Positions 9,519-19,411 are shown, counted from the stretch's first letter. The stretch: 64,000 bases of DNA from Candidatus Margulisiibacteriota bacterium (GCA_050250935.1 JBFWNS010000002.1:32001-96000), one strand, 5' to 3'. The notes: generated by a model from the sequence alone, not told the origin. Numbers and translations are program-made.

Positions 9519-10632
9519 TTCTTGGATTCTCGCCCTTACCCAGTGGTATGAGGCCAACGCCCGTCAGCTTCCCTGGCGGGCAAGAGGGTCTGCCCTAGCC
9601 AATCCCTATCACGTGTGGTTGTCCGAGATGATGCTCCAACAAACCCAAGTGGATACCGTCATCCCCTATTTCAACCGTTTCATCGCCCAATTTCCCACGG
9701 TGTTTGATCTGGCCAAGGCCGACCAAGAAACCGTTCTTAAAGCTTGGGAGGGATTGGGCTATTATTCTCGGGCACGGAATCTCCACAAAGCGGCCATTCT
9801 TATTGCCGGCGAACAGAATGGCCAGCTGCCACCCGACTATCTTGCGCTTCAAACCCTGCCTGGAATTGGCCCTTACGCCGCTGCGGCGATTGCCAGCATT
9901 GCCTTCGAAGAACCCGTTCCTGTTGTCGATGGGAATGTGTTTCGGGTTTTTACGCGGTTTTGGGGCATTTACGACGATATCAAACTCCCAACAACCAAAA
10001 CCCTGCTGTTCAATCGCCTAAAACCCGCCGTCGAACAGGCCAAGCCCTCGGTGTTTAACCAGGCCATGATGGAGGTAGGAGCCCTGATTTGTAAGCCCAA
10101 AAATCCGTTGTGTGAACAGTGTCCCTTGCAACCCAACTGCTATGCGGCTGCGCATCAAGCCACCCAGACCTTGCCGGTTAAAACCCCGTTGCCTAAAACG
10201 CCCCATCATCACATTGGGGTTGGGGTGCTCTGGCACGATGGCAAACTCCTCATTAGCAAGCGCAAAGAAAGCCAAATGTTGGGTGGCCTCTGGGAATTTC
10301 CGGGAGGAAAACAAGAAGAGAACGAAAGCATCGCAGAAACCATCGTTCGGGAATTCAAAGAAGAAACCGACTTAACCATCGCTGTTGGACAGCCTGTGGC
10401 TGTGGTCAAACACGCCTACACCCACTTCAAAATCACCCTTCACGCCTTTCACTGCAGCTTGGTTTCGGGGACGCCCAAGGCCTTGTCGAGCGATGGTCTT
10501 CGGTGGATTTTACCCGAAGAACTCAAAACCTTGCCTTTTCCAAAAGCCAATCAGCGGGTCATCGAAGCGCTGCTTAACGAGACAACGGACTTACCGCTTT
10601 TTTCGATAAGCCGCGACGGCAAACCCCAATAA
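9499..10632 (+). CDS. mutY: A/G-specific adenine glycosylase with a C-terminal Nudix domain
   Basis: PYHVWLSEMMLQQTQV, WEGLGYYSRARNL, HhH motif LPGIGPY, VDGNV, Fe-S motif CKPKNPLCEQCPLQPNC, and a Nudix box. Confidence 0.95.
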   Translation: MSPNPTDSWILALTQWYEANARQLPWRARGSALANPYHVWLSEMMLQQTQVDTVIPYFNRFIAQFPTVFDLAKADQETVLKAWEGLGYYSRARNLHKAAILIAGEQNGQLPPDYLALQTLPGIGPYAAAAIASIAFEEPVPVVDGNVFRVFTRFWGIYDDIKLPTTKTLLFNRLKPAVEQAKPSVFNQAMMEVGALICKPKNPLCEQCPLQPNCYAAAHQATQTLPVKTPLPKTPHHHIGVGVLWHDGKLLISKRKESQMLGGLWEFPGGKQEENESIAETIVREFKEETDLTIAVGQPVAVVKHAYTHFKITLHAFHCSLVSGTPKALSSDGLRWILPEELKTLPFPKANQRVIEALLNETTDLPLFSISRDGKPQ

Positions 10633-11136
10633 GACCGCCAAAATAACCAAGGACGCCAAGCTCCACAGGGTATTGGCCGTGTCTTTTAAATAAACCACCA
10701 TCACGATGCCCACCAACAACACCGTTGGGACTTCGTTCAGCAAGCGCAATTTAAACGAGGTCCAGGTACAAACGTCGTGCACCAATTGTTTTCGAATGGC
10801 GCCACATAAAAAATGATAGGCCACCAACAGCAATACCAAAAACAATTTAAAGTGAAACCAAGGCTCCAAATACGCCGATGTTTTCCAGGCCAAGGTTCCG
10901 CCAAACGCCACCGTCATCACCATGGCTGGCCAGGTGATGGCATACCACAACCGTCGTTCCATAATGGCGAACTGGGCTTTCAAGATGCCTTGATCCGGCT
11001 CGGGTTTGTTTTTGGCTTCGGTGTGATAAATAAACAGTCGGACGATATAAAACAACCCTGCAAACCAAGCCACCACCGACACCACATGCAGGGCTTTAAG
11101 GATTTGAAGCAAGGGCAACTGGGTCAGTTCAAGCAT
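10591..11136 (-). CDS. hemJ: Protoporphyrinogen IX oxidase HemJ (CopD family)
   Basis: KALHVVSVVAWFAGLFYIVRLFIYH, MERRL, NEVP. Start taken at ATG 11136, overlapping the ileS stop. Confidence 0.9.
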   Translation of the reverse strand: MLELTQLPLLQILKALHVVSVVAWFAGLFYIVRLFIYHTEAKNKPEPDQGILKAQFAIMERRLWYAITWPAMVMTVAFGGTLAWKTSAYLEPWFHFKLFLVLLLVAYHFLCGAIRKQLVHDVCTWTSFKLRLLNEVPTVLLVGIVMVVYLKDTANTLWSLASLVILAVLLGFAVAAYRKKR

Positions 11137-13885
11137 GGGCCAAGGCCTCTTTGCAGCGCTCGCACAACACATCAGAGATGGGCAATACCCGCCAGCACCG
11201 CTCGCACTTGGATCCCTCGGCCTTTTTGACCTTAAAAGGCAGGGTAAGCCCCGAATCTTGCTTAACCTGGCTTACGATAAACAGCGATTCAAAATCATCG
11301 AAGTCCGGCAAATTTTTGGGGTTTAAACAAACTTCGGCCTCCATAAAACTTTTGATGGTTTTTTCGTTTCGCAGGGCTTCCAGGTCTTTATACACCGCGT
11401 CTTTTAAGGACAAAAGTTGGGTCCATTTGGCCGACAAGTCTGGATTCTCCCAGGTTGGATTGGGGTTTGGAAGCGCTTCTAGATGGACACTGTCGCATTT
11501 GTTGGGCTTGTCGAAGTGTTGATAGGCATCTTCGGCGGTAAAAACCAAAACGGGAGCCAACAACCGAATGAGGGTATCGGCCATCTGCCACAGCACGGTT
11601 TGGGTGCTGCGCCTCACCTTGCCAGATTTTGGCGCACAATACAGCCGGTCTTTAACCATATCCAAATACAAAGCACTCAGTGTTACCGCACAAAATTCGT
11701 GAAGGCCGTGGGTAACCCCATGCAGCTGAAACATCTCGTAGGCGGTTCTTGTTTTTTGAATCAGGGCATTCAGTTCGGCCAAAGCCCATTGGTCGATGCT
11801 GCTTAATTCGGCATATGGCAAGGCATCTGTTTGGGCATTAAAATCGAATAAATTGCTCAGGCAAAACCGAATGGTGTTTCGAACTTTAGAAAACGAATCT
11901 CGGGATTGATTCAGAATGGGTTTTGAAATGCTGATGTCGTCTTTGAAATCGGCCGAAGCAATCCACCACCGCAACACATCGGCCCCATATTCTTTGATGA
12001 CAGACTGTGGGGCGATGACATTACCCAAAGACTTGCTCATTTTTTTGCCTTTGTCGTCCACCAAAAAGCCATGGGTCAACACCGACTGATACGGGGCAAG
12101 ACCGGCAGCCCCCAACCCAATCAGCAAGGAGGATTGGAACCAGCCGCGGTGTTGGTCGGATCCTTCCAAATACAGGTCGGCCGGAAAGGTTACCCCCTCC
12201 CCTGCTCGGGCTTTTAACACGGCACCAAAACTGGCTCCAGATTCAAACCATACATCCAAAATATCGGCTTCTTTTTTAAAGTGATTTCCACCGCAACCCG
12301 AACAAACCGCGGTTTTGGGCAACAGTTCTTCGGCTGATTTTGAAAACCAAGCCATGGTCCCGTCTTTGGCCACATGGTCGATAACGGCTTGGTTAAAGGC
12401 CCCGGTCATTTCGGAGTGTCCACAGTCTTGGCAGGTAAAAATAGGCACCGGAATCCCCCAATACCGTTGTCTGGAAATACACCAATCAGGGCGATTTTCG
12501 ATCATGGATTGGATTCGGTTTTCTCCCCAGGCAGGAATCCATTCTGTTGTGGCAATGGCATCTAGCGCGGCTTGGCGCAGGGTTTTTCCCGAAGGCATGG
12601 GTTTGTCCATGGCAATAAACCATTGCTCGGTTGCCCGAAAAATAACGGGATTTTTACAGCGCCAACAATGGGGATAAGAGTGTTTGATAAAGGCCAATTT
12701 CGCCAAATGTCCTTTTTCTTCTAACAGCTGTCCGATGGTTTTATTGGCATCAAACACAAACTGCCCTTCCAAAAAAGGGACCTCTGCGGTGAATTTACCC
12801 TGATCGTTCACGGGCATCACCGTTGGCAAATTGTATTTTCGGCCCACTGCCGCGTCGTCTTGACCATGGCCCGGGGCAATGTGAACAAACCCCGTTCCGT
12901 CTTCTTGGGTCACATAGTCGGCCAACACCAGAGGGGATTCTCGGTCGATAAAGGGGTGTTGGGCTACCAGACCCTGCAATTGAGCCCCAGTCAAAGTTTG
13001 AAAGATTTTCCCTTCCCAGCCCAAACCCGTCAGTACTTTTTCGACCAAGGCTTCGGCCATCAACACCACACGGTCTTGGGTTTCAACCAGGGCATAAGAA
13101 AAGTCTGGGTGAGCTGCAATGGCCACGTTGGAGGGCAAGGTCCAAGGCGTTGTGGTCCATACCAAAATGGACAGTGGCTTTGCTTGTGGTTTAAGTGCCC
13201 CGGCTTCTTTTACCGAAAACAACACAAAAATCGAAGGCGATCGGTGATCGGCATATTCGATTTCAGCCTCGGCCAAAGCCGTTTCGCAATGCATACACCA
13301 ATGAATGGGTTTTCGGCTTTTATACACCAATCCGTTGTCGGCCATTTGACCAAACAACCGAATCACCTCGGTTTCGTAGCCCGGCTGTAGGGTCAGATAG
13401 GGCTTTTCCCATTCTCCCAGAACACCCAGGCGTTTAAATTCGTCTTTTTGGGTGGCCACATAGTCCAAAGCAAAGTCTTTACACCGCTCTCTAAACCAAG
13501 CAATATCGGCTTTTTTATGCTCTTCGCCCTTGCTTTTAAGTGCTTTGATCACTTGGGTTTCGATGGGCAATCCATGGCAATCCCAACCCGGAATATAGAC
13601 TGATTTTGCCCCAGCCATGGTCTTGGACCGAACAATGACGTCTTTAAGAATTTTATTTAAAGCATGGCCCATATGGATGTTGCCATTGGGATACGGGGGT
13701 CCGTCGTGAAGGGTATAGGTAGTTTGGCTGGGTTTATCAGCCATTTTTTGGCTTAACTGAATTTGATCCCAAAACGAGAATAATTCGGGTTCTTTTTCGG
13801 ATAAATTGGCTCGGATATTAAAATCGGTTTGGGGCAGGTTAACGGTGTCTTTAAATGAAGGTGTAGAAGGGGTCTGATCTGACAT
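11129..13885 (-). CDS. ileS: Isoleucine--tRNA ligase (type 1)
   Basis: LHDGPPYPNGNIHMGH (HIGH), GWDCHGLPIE, WTTTPWT, KMSKS and a C-terminal Zn finger CERCW. Confidence 0.97.
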   Translation of the reverse strand: MSDQTPSTPSFKDTVNLPQTDFNIRANLSEKEPELFSFWDQIQLSQKMADKPSQTTYTLHDGPPYPNGNIHMGHALNKILKDVIVRSKTMAGAKSVYIPGWDCHGLPIETQVIKALKSKGEEHKKADIAWFRERCKDFALDYVATQKDEFKRLGVLGEWEKPYLTLQPGYETEVIRLFGQMADNGLVYKSRKPIHWCMHCETALAEAEIEYADHRSPSIFVLFSVKEAGALKPQAKPLSILVWTTTPWTLPSNVAIAAHPDFSYALVETQDRVVLMAEALVEKVLTGLGWEGKIFQTLTGAQLQGLVAQHPFIDRESPLVLADYVTQEDGTGFVHIAPGHGQDDAAVGRKYNLPTVMPVNDQGKFTAEVPFLEGQFVFDANKTIGQLLEEKGHLAKLAFIKHSYPHCWRCKNPVIFRATEQWFIAMDKPMPSGKTLRQAALDAIATTEWIPAWGENRIQSMIENRPDWCISRQRYWGIPVPIFTCQDCGHSEMTGAFNQAVIDHVAKDGTMAWFSKSAEELLPKTAVCSGCGGNHFKKEADILDVWFESGASFGAVLKARAGEGVTFPADLYLEGSDQHRGWFQSSLLIGLGAAGLAPYQSVLTHGFLVDDKGKKMSKSLGNVIAPQSVIKEYGADVLRWWIASADFKDDISISKPILNQSRDSFSKVRNTIRFCLSNLFDFNAQTDALPYAELSSIDQWALAELNALIQKTRTAYEMFQLHGVTHGLHEFCAVTLSALYLDMVKDRLYCAPKSGKVRRSTQTVLWQMADTLIRLLAPVLVFTAEDAYQHFDKPNKCDSVHLEALPNPNPTWENPDLSAKWTQLLSLKDAVYKDLEALRNEKTIKSFMEAEVCLNPKNLPDFDDFESLFIVSQVKQDSGLTLPFKVKKAEGSKCERCWRVLPISDVLCERCKEALAHA

Positions 13886-13947
13886 ATCTGGGGCAATTCC
13901 TTTGGCTTTAAAGTGAATGCCCCAGTATATCGTTTTTTTAGGTTTAC

Positions 13948-14058
13948 TTAAAATCTAAAATCATCAGAGAAAAAATCTTCTTTTTCGATCAAGTGAAATA
14001 ATTCTTCAAACTCGGGGTCTACTACCAAAGTGGCTTGGTCAATTCTGGCTTCAATCAT
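13948..14058 (-). CDS. Small acidic hypothetical protein, 36 aa (MIEARIDQATLVVDPEFEELFHLIEKEDFFSDDFRF); not in the ORF track
   Basis: Translated by hand. Strong SD AAGGAG 6 nt upstream of the ATG; occupies an otherwise empty intergenic region. Confidence 0.55.
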   Translation of the reverse strand: MIEARIDQATLVVDPEFEELFHLIEKEDFFSDDFRF

Positions 14059-14189
14059 GGTTTTCTCCTTGAAATCGTTGTGTCTTCAAAACAGGGTGAT
14101 ACTGCAGATATGCCCTAAGGATGCCCAATGCAAACATCGAAAATTATTGATCTTTGTAGTTTAAAAAAACTGATCATAAAAGGAACCAT

Positions 14190-14217
14190 TTGACTTTTTG
14201 AAAAAATATTACATAAT
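14190..14217 (+). promoter_or_regulatory. Putative sigma70 promoter of the YheO-like regulator
   Basis: TTGACT-N16-CATAAT about 50 nt upstream of ATG 14268. Confidence 0.45.
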
Positions 14218-14267
14218 TCTAAGCATAAAGACTTTACATTTACACAAATCACAAGGGGTTTTTACCT

Positions 14268-14903
14268 ATGAACGACGATCAACTTTTAAAGCACTACATT
14301 CAATTGGCCGAGGTTGTCGCAGAAATGTTCAAACCCCTGGTTGAAACCGTGGTTGTGGATTACCGACACAAAAAAACCAAGATCATTGCCATTTTTAACA
14401 ACAGCATTACCGAACGAAAAGTTGGGGACGATACCACCAACGTGGGTCATCTTCGACTTCAAAACAAAATTCCCGATCGCATGATTGGCTATCCCAACAC
14501 CAGCCCAAAAGGCAACCGCCTAAAATCCACAGCTTTGGCCATTCGCAACCAAAAAGGCGATTTAATCGGTGGCATGGGCATGCATTTGGATGTCAGCCAT
14601 TTCGATCAATTTATGGTGGTGATGCAACAATTTGTTTCTACAGACAAGCCTGTCGAGCTGCAAGAACGGGAAAACTTCCACTATACCGACGCGGCCCAAG
14701 AAATCAGCATGACCATTAAAGCTGTTTTAAGCGAAATGAACTGGCAAGTTCACCGGTTGCGTCCCAAAGATAAAAAGAAATTGTTGGAAATTTTGAAACA
14801 ACGTGGCGTCTTCAAACAACGCAGCGCGGTTTCAACCATCGCCCAAGAATTGGGGATTACCCGTCAATCGGTGTATCAATACCTCAAACAAATGACGGCT
14901 TAA
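14268..14903 (+). CDS. YheO/DauR-like transcriptional regulator (PAS_6 plus HTH)
   Basis: ETVVVD...IIAIFNNSITERKVGD, LKSTALAIR, KKKLLEILKQRGVF, IAQELGITRQSVYQYL. Confidence 0.85.
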   Translation: MNDDQLLKHYIQLAEVVAEMFKPLVETVVVDYRHKKTKIIAIFNNSITERKVGDDTTNVGHLRLQNKIPDRMIGYPNTSPKGNRLKSTALAIRNQKGDLIGGMGMHLDVSHFDQFMVVMQQFVSTDKPVELQERENFHYTDAAQEISMTIKAVLSEMNWQVHRLRPKDKKKLLEILKQRGVFKQRSAVSTIAQELGITRQSVYQYLKQMTA

Positions 14904-14919
14904 AACCCCCGAAAAATAT

Positions 14920-15771
14920 CTAGATTTCTTCTTTGGCTGAAACCGCATTCAGAATGGCAGTCAGCTGATTAAAAGGGGGCCGGGTTTCGTTCACAGCCAA
15001 TTCGGCCCCAAGCCCAGTGTCTTTAACCCAAACGCCAGACACCCCCAAATGGGTCTGAAAGGCCAGTAAGTTTTCGATCAAATCGTCGATCATGAAGACA
15101 TTGGAATCGGTTGTAATACCAGATTTGGATAGGGTTTCTTGAACCAACCCTAAAAATGCAGCATGGGGTTTTCCAGCCCAGACCACGGGGGTGCATTTCT
15201 CTAGAATTTCTGCAAAATAGCCCACGACCGGAATTTTAATCCCCCGCTGCCCCATCACAAACCGATCGGGATTACAGCAAATAATGGGAAACCCGATGTT
15301 GGTCTTTATAAACGTTTCGATCTTTTCAAAAAGCGGATCATGCGCTTCCCAGGTATCCAAGGTGCTGGTCATGACCAATACTTCTGATGCCTCGATTTGG
15401 GACACGATTTCGGCTGGATTGGCCATTTGGACATAGCCATAAGAGCGCTCGGGGCCCAGTACAAAAACCCGTTTATTTTGAATCAAGTTTCTACAAACAG
15501 GGTCGTGACCCAAGGCCAATCCCGAAGACAAGACTTGGTCTTCAGTAATGATAATGCCCATGGTGGCCAGTCGCTTGACCATTAACGATTGTGGATCTGT
15601 GGAATTGTTGGTGACCACCCAGATGGGCGTGGTTTGTTGGAGTCCTGTCAGACATCTGCCAATCCCAGGAATAGGACCATATTCGTTATACAACGTTCCA
15701 ACAGCATCAAACAGAACAGCGGTTGGAGATTGGTGTTTTAGCAGAAAATTTAAGGTGGGGAAGGTATTCAT
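14920..15771 (-). CDS. HAD-IIA family hydrolase
   Basis: LFDAVGTLY, VVTNNS, CCNPD, AGKPH motifs. Start taken at ATG 15771. Confidence 0.8.
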   Translation of the reverse strand: MNTFPTLNFLLKHQSPTAVLFDAVGTLYNEYGPIPGIGRCLTGLQQTTPIWVVTNNSTDPQSLMVKRLATMGIIITEDQVLSSGLALGHDPVCRNLIQNKRVFVLGPERSYGYVQMANPAEIVSQIEASEVLVMTSTLDTWEAHDPLFEKIETFIKTNIGFPIICCNPDRFVMGQRGIKIPVVGYFAEILEKCTPVVWAGKPHAAFLGLVQETLSKSGITTDSNVFMIDDLIENLLAFQTHLGVSGVWVKDTGLGAELAVNETRPPFNQLTAILNAVSAKEEI

Positions 15772-15824
15772 TCGGGGGTCTAGTGTACACAGATCGGCGA
15801 ATGCAGACCAGGTGGCTTGGCCCA

Positions 15825-15914
15825 GAAACAAAGAAGGACCGCGATGAAGTTGAGCTAAGGGGGGGGAAACTCTTACTCCATGCGGTCCTTGATGAGAGCG
15901 AATTGCTTCGTCTC
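15825..15914 (-). ncRNA. Candidate small RNA or leader: GNRA hairpin, long stem with a C8 loop, U-rich tail
   Basis: Minus strand reads GAGACGAA-GCAA-TTCGCTCTC, then AAGGACCGC...CCCCCCCC...GCGGTCCTT, then CTTTGTTT. TTGAAA-N18-GATAAT lies just upstream (15921-15950). Confidence 0.5.
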
Positions 15915-16011
15915 TATACTATTATCGCTAAAATCCGAAAAAAATTTCAAGAGATTTTTCTTGATGCATTTTTGAGTTCAAAATGGGGACATTGTTTGGT
16001 ATTGTTGGCCC

Positions 16012-17736
16012 ATGGGATACATCCAACAACTCGATTCTCAGACCATTTCAAAAATAAAAGCCGGGGAAGTCATCGAAAGACCGGCGTCGATTGTTAAAGA
16101 ATTGTTGGAAAACAGTTTGGATGCAGGCGCTACCCAAATTTCGATTGCCATTGAAGACGGCGGCAAACGGTTGATTCAGGTTACCGACAACGGATCGGGC
16201 ATTTTGCCCGAAGACTTGCCTTTGGCGCCCATTCAACACGCCACTTCTAAAATTCGCCGCTTGGAAGACATTTATGATGTGTCTTGTTTCGGATTTCGGG
16301 GCGAGGCCTTGGCCAGCATGTGCCACGTGGCCGAATTGGAATTGATTTCGGCAACCCAAGACGGCGAAGCCTATCGGGTTACGGCGGTTGAAGGAACAAT
16401 CTCGGAACCCACCCGAGCCGCCCATCCCAAAGGAACCACGGTGACGGTTCGCAATCTATTCGAGGCCATTCCGGTTCGCCAAGGCTTTCTTAAAAGTGCC
16501 GCCACCGAGTTTTCCTATATATATGATACCGTCCTCCACCTATCGTTGATTCACCCAGAGGTCGATTTTAAACTGACCCATAATCACCAAGAAGCCCTCA
16601 ACACCAGTGGCATTCGGTCCTTGAAAAGTCGGGCCATTTTGGCCTTTGGCAAATCCATTGCCGATCATCTGTTGGACATTGATACCGAAATCGGCGAACT
16701 GCATTTTTCGGGCCTTATTTCGGCCCCTACCCTGACGTTTCCGAATCGAAGCAAACAAGTTTTATCGGTTAATAAGCGGTTGATTAAAAACGCAATTTTA
16801 CAAAAAGCCCTGTTGCAAGGCTATCGGGATTTGATTCCCAACGGACGCTTTCCGCTGGCCATTTTGAACATTACCCTTCCCCAGCGGGTTTTGGATGTCA
16901 ATATTCACCCCCAAAAAACGGACATTAAATTTTTGAACCCTGGTTTTTTGTTCGACAGTGTTCCCAAGGTCGTTGCCAGCCAAGTTCGCGCTTTGAATTT
17001 GCTGGGCCATTCCGAAACCTTTGCTCGGTTTTCGCCAGTAGAAACCCCGTCCACATCTGGATTTTCTTTGGGGTTTTCTTCGGGCGTTTCGGGCAATACT
17101 TGGACCCCACCTCTAGCCAGTACGGCACCGTTGTTTTCCCCACAGCTTTTTTCGCAGCCTGCAGAACCGGTTCCTTTTTGGCAATTGTTTAATACCTATT
17201 TGGCCTTTAAAACCCCAGATGGACTCTGTTTATTTGATCAACACGCCGTACACGAACGGATTTTATACGAGGTTTTTAAGCAACGTCACGCCGAAAACAA
17301 AGGCAGGCAACCGCTTTTAATTGGGGATATTGTGGAAGTGAGTCCCGATTTGTATCAGTTGTTTTTAGAAAACCAGGCGCTCTTGAATTGGTTGGATTTT
17401 GTGGTGGATGATTTTGGAAACAACTGCCTTCGCATTCGGGAAATTCCCGCTGCCTTGGTGGACATCGACACCACAGCCCTGATTATCGATCTGCTCGAAA
17501 ACATCAAAAAAATGCCCGACCTTACCCCCGATTTAAGCCTGGTCCAAAAAGAAAAATTGGAAATGATGGCCTGCAAAGCCGCCATTAAAGCCGGCAAAAA
17601 AATGAAGGATCACGAAGTCCAACAACTGATTCGCGATTTTCTGGCTTCGCCCGCCAACTATACCTGCCCCCATGGACGACCGCTTTTTGTACAACTCAAA
17701 CAACACGATCTAGAAAAGCTTTTTTTAAGGACATAA
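16012..17736 (+). CDS. mutL: DNA mismatch repair endonuclease MutL
   Basis: IKAGEVIERPASIVKELLENSLDAGA, GFRGEALAS, DQHAVHERILYE, ACKAAIK, CPHGRP. Confidence 0.97.
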   Translation: MGYIQQLDSQTISKIKAGEVIERPASIVKELLENSLDAGATQISIAIEDGGKRLIQVTDNGSGILPEDLPLAPIQHATSKIRRLEDIYDVSCFGFRGEALASMCHVAELELISATQDGEAYRVTAVEGTISEPTRAAHPKGTTVTVRNLFEAIPVRQGFLKSAATEFSYIYDTVLHLSLIHPEVDFKLTHNHQEALNTSGIRSLKSRAILAFGKSIADHLLDIDTEIGELHFSGLISAPTLTFPNRSKQVLSVNKRLIKNAILQKALLQGYRDLIPNGRFPLAILNITLPQRVLDVNIHPQKTDIKFLNPGFLFDSVPKVVASQVRALNLLGHSETFARFSPVETPSTSGFSLGFSSGVSGNTWTPPLASTAPLFSPQLFSQPAEPVPFWQLFNTYLAFKTPDGLCLFDQHAVHERILYEVFKQRHAENKGRQPLLIGDIVEVSPDLYQLFLENQALLNWLDFVVDDFGNNCLRIREIPAALVDIDTTALIIDLLENIKKMPDLTPDLSLVQKEKLEMMACKAAIKAGKKMKDHEVQQLIRDFLASPANYTCPHGRPLFVQLKQHDLEKLFLRT

Positions 17737-17746
17737 GGAACCCTGC

Positions 17747-19369
17747 ATGAATATTTTTTTGGCTCAATTAAATCCCACCATGGGCGCTATTGCGGCAAAC
17801 ACCGAAACGATTTTGACTTGGTTTAAACAAGCGGCAGAACAAAAAGCCGACTTGGTGGTTTTTCCAGAACTTTCCATTACCGGCTATTCCCCCAAAGACT
17901 TGCTTGATGAACCAGCCTTTATGAAACACGTTCAAGAAGCCATCGAAAGCCTACAGGCCGCGTCCACAGCCTATCCCGAAACGGGCCTTTTGGTTGGGGC
18001 ACCTACCCCACATACCTTAGCTCTGCCCAAGCAACGGTTTAACAGCGCCATTTTAATTCACAACGGCACGGCCCAATACAGCCATAAGGTTTTGTTGCCC
18101 AACTATGACGTTTTTGAAGAAGCCCGCTATTTTGATTCTGCAACCCCTGGGACGCCCATTTTATTTAAAAACAAGCTCTTGGGCATCACCATCTGTGAAG
18201 ACGCTTGGGATTTAACCGGATTCAGCCCGGTTTCCTATGCCTATCACCCCTTAAAACAAATGGCCGATCAAGGTGCCGATATTTTGATTAACATTGCAGC
18301 GTCTCCGTTTCAAATGGGGAAATTTTCAATCAAACAAACCTTGTTTTTAAACCATGCCATTGCCCTCAAAAAACCCATTGTGTACGTCAATCAAGTGGGC
18401 GGGAACGATGATTTGATTTTTGATGGGGGAAGTTTTGTGTTGGATGGCCACCAAAATTGCATTGCCCACGCTCCCTTTTTTAAAGAAGTCATGGTGCCCG
18501 TGGCCCTGACCATTCCCCAAAAACCCGGCTGGATTATCCCCGATACCATGGACGCCCTTCACCGGGCCTTGGTGTTGGGTGTGAAAGATTATTTCCGCAA
18601 AACTGGTTTTTCCCAGGCCGTGATTGGTTTGTCTGGGGGCATCGACTCGTCGGTGGCCGCAACCTTGGCTGTGGATGCCCTGGGACCAGAGAATGTCTTT
18701 GGACTGGCCATGCCCTCGCCCTTTTCGTCCGAAGCCAGTCTAACGGATGCCAAAACCTTGGCCGCGAATTTGGGCATCAGCTGCGATGTGGTTCCGATTG
18801 GGTCCATTTTCGAAGCCTATTTGGCCACCTCGGTTTTCCCCAAAAACGAAGTGACCCTGGCGGTTGAAAATGTCCAAGCCCGCATTCGAGGCAATTTAAT
18901 CATGGCCACAGCCAATGCCAAAAAAGCCCTGGCCATCACCACCGGCAATAAAAGCGAATTGTCCATGGGCTATTGCACCTTGTATGGTGATATGAGCGGC
19001 GCGATTAATCCGATAGCCGATGTGTTTAAAACCCAGGTCTACGAACTGGCCCGTCATCTGAATGCCACCCAAGAACGCATTCCCGAATCGGCCATCACCA
19101 AAGCGCCTTCTGCGGAATTACGGCCCAATCAGACCGACCAGGACAGTTTGCCCCCCTACCCCGAATTGGATGCCATTTTGTCCCAGCTTATCGAGCATCA
19201 AGCCAGCCCGGACGATGTGATTCGACTTGGGTTTAACGCCGAAACAGTTCGGTGGATTGCTAAGGTTTTTACCCAAAACGAATACAAACGCCAACAAGCG
19301 GCTATTGGTCTGAAAGTGTCGTCAAAAGCCTTTGGCAGTGGACGACGGGTACCCGTAGCTCGGGGTTAA
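17747..19369 (+). CDS. nadE: Glutamine-dependent NAD+ synthetase
   Basis: Nitrilase triad (FPELS, HKVLL, ICED) plus synthetase motifs GLSGGIDS, TGNKSE, PSAELRPNQTD. Confidence 0.95.
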   Translation: MNIFLAQLNPTMGAIAANTETILTWFKQAAEQKADLVVFPELSITGYSPKDLLDEPAFMKHVQEAIESLQAASTAYPETGLLVGAPTPHTLALPKQRFNSAILIHNGTAQYSHKVLLPNYDVFEEARYFDSATPGTPILFKNKLLGITICEDAWDLTGFSPVSYAYHPLKQMADQGADILINIAASPFQMGKFSIKQTLFLNHAIALKKPIVYVNQVGGNDDLIFDGGSFVLDGHQNCIAHAPFFKEVMVPVALTIPQKPGWIIPDTMDALHRALVLGVKDYFRKTGFSQAVIGLSGGIDSSVAATLAVDALGPENVFGLAMPSPFSSEASLTDAKTLAANLGISCDVVPIGSIFEAYLATSVFPKNEVTLAVENVQARIRGNLIMATANAKKALAITTGNKSELSMGYCTLYGDMSGAINPIADVFKTQVYELARHLNATQERIPESAITKAPSAELRPNQTDQDSLPPYPELDAILSQLIEHQASPDDVIRLGFNAETVRWIAKVFTQNEYKRQQAAIGLKVSSKAFGSGRRVPVARG

Positions 19370-19411
19370 CGCTTTACACCGGACTTCTCCCTGAATTACC
19401 ATGGGTGTACT

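Noticed and set aside
14110..14135. Sigma54 promoter for the 36-aa ORF (GG-N10-GC on the minus strand)
   Set aside because: The spacing fits but the -12 element (AGGGCA) departs from TTGC(A/T), which is too weak to call.
13886..14267. T-box leader for ileS
   Set aside because: No T-box consensus (AAnnnGGGTGGnACC) or terminator/antiterminator was seen, and a -10 element lies about 40 nt from the start.
15723..16097. 124-aa plus-strand ORF upstream of mutL
   Set aside because: It overlaps both flanking genes and has a TTG start without a clear SD. The region is better explained by promoters and the structured RNA.
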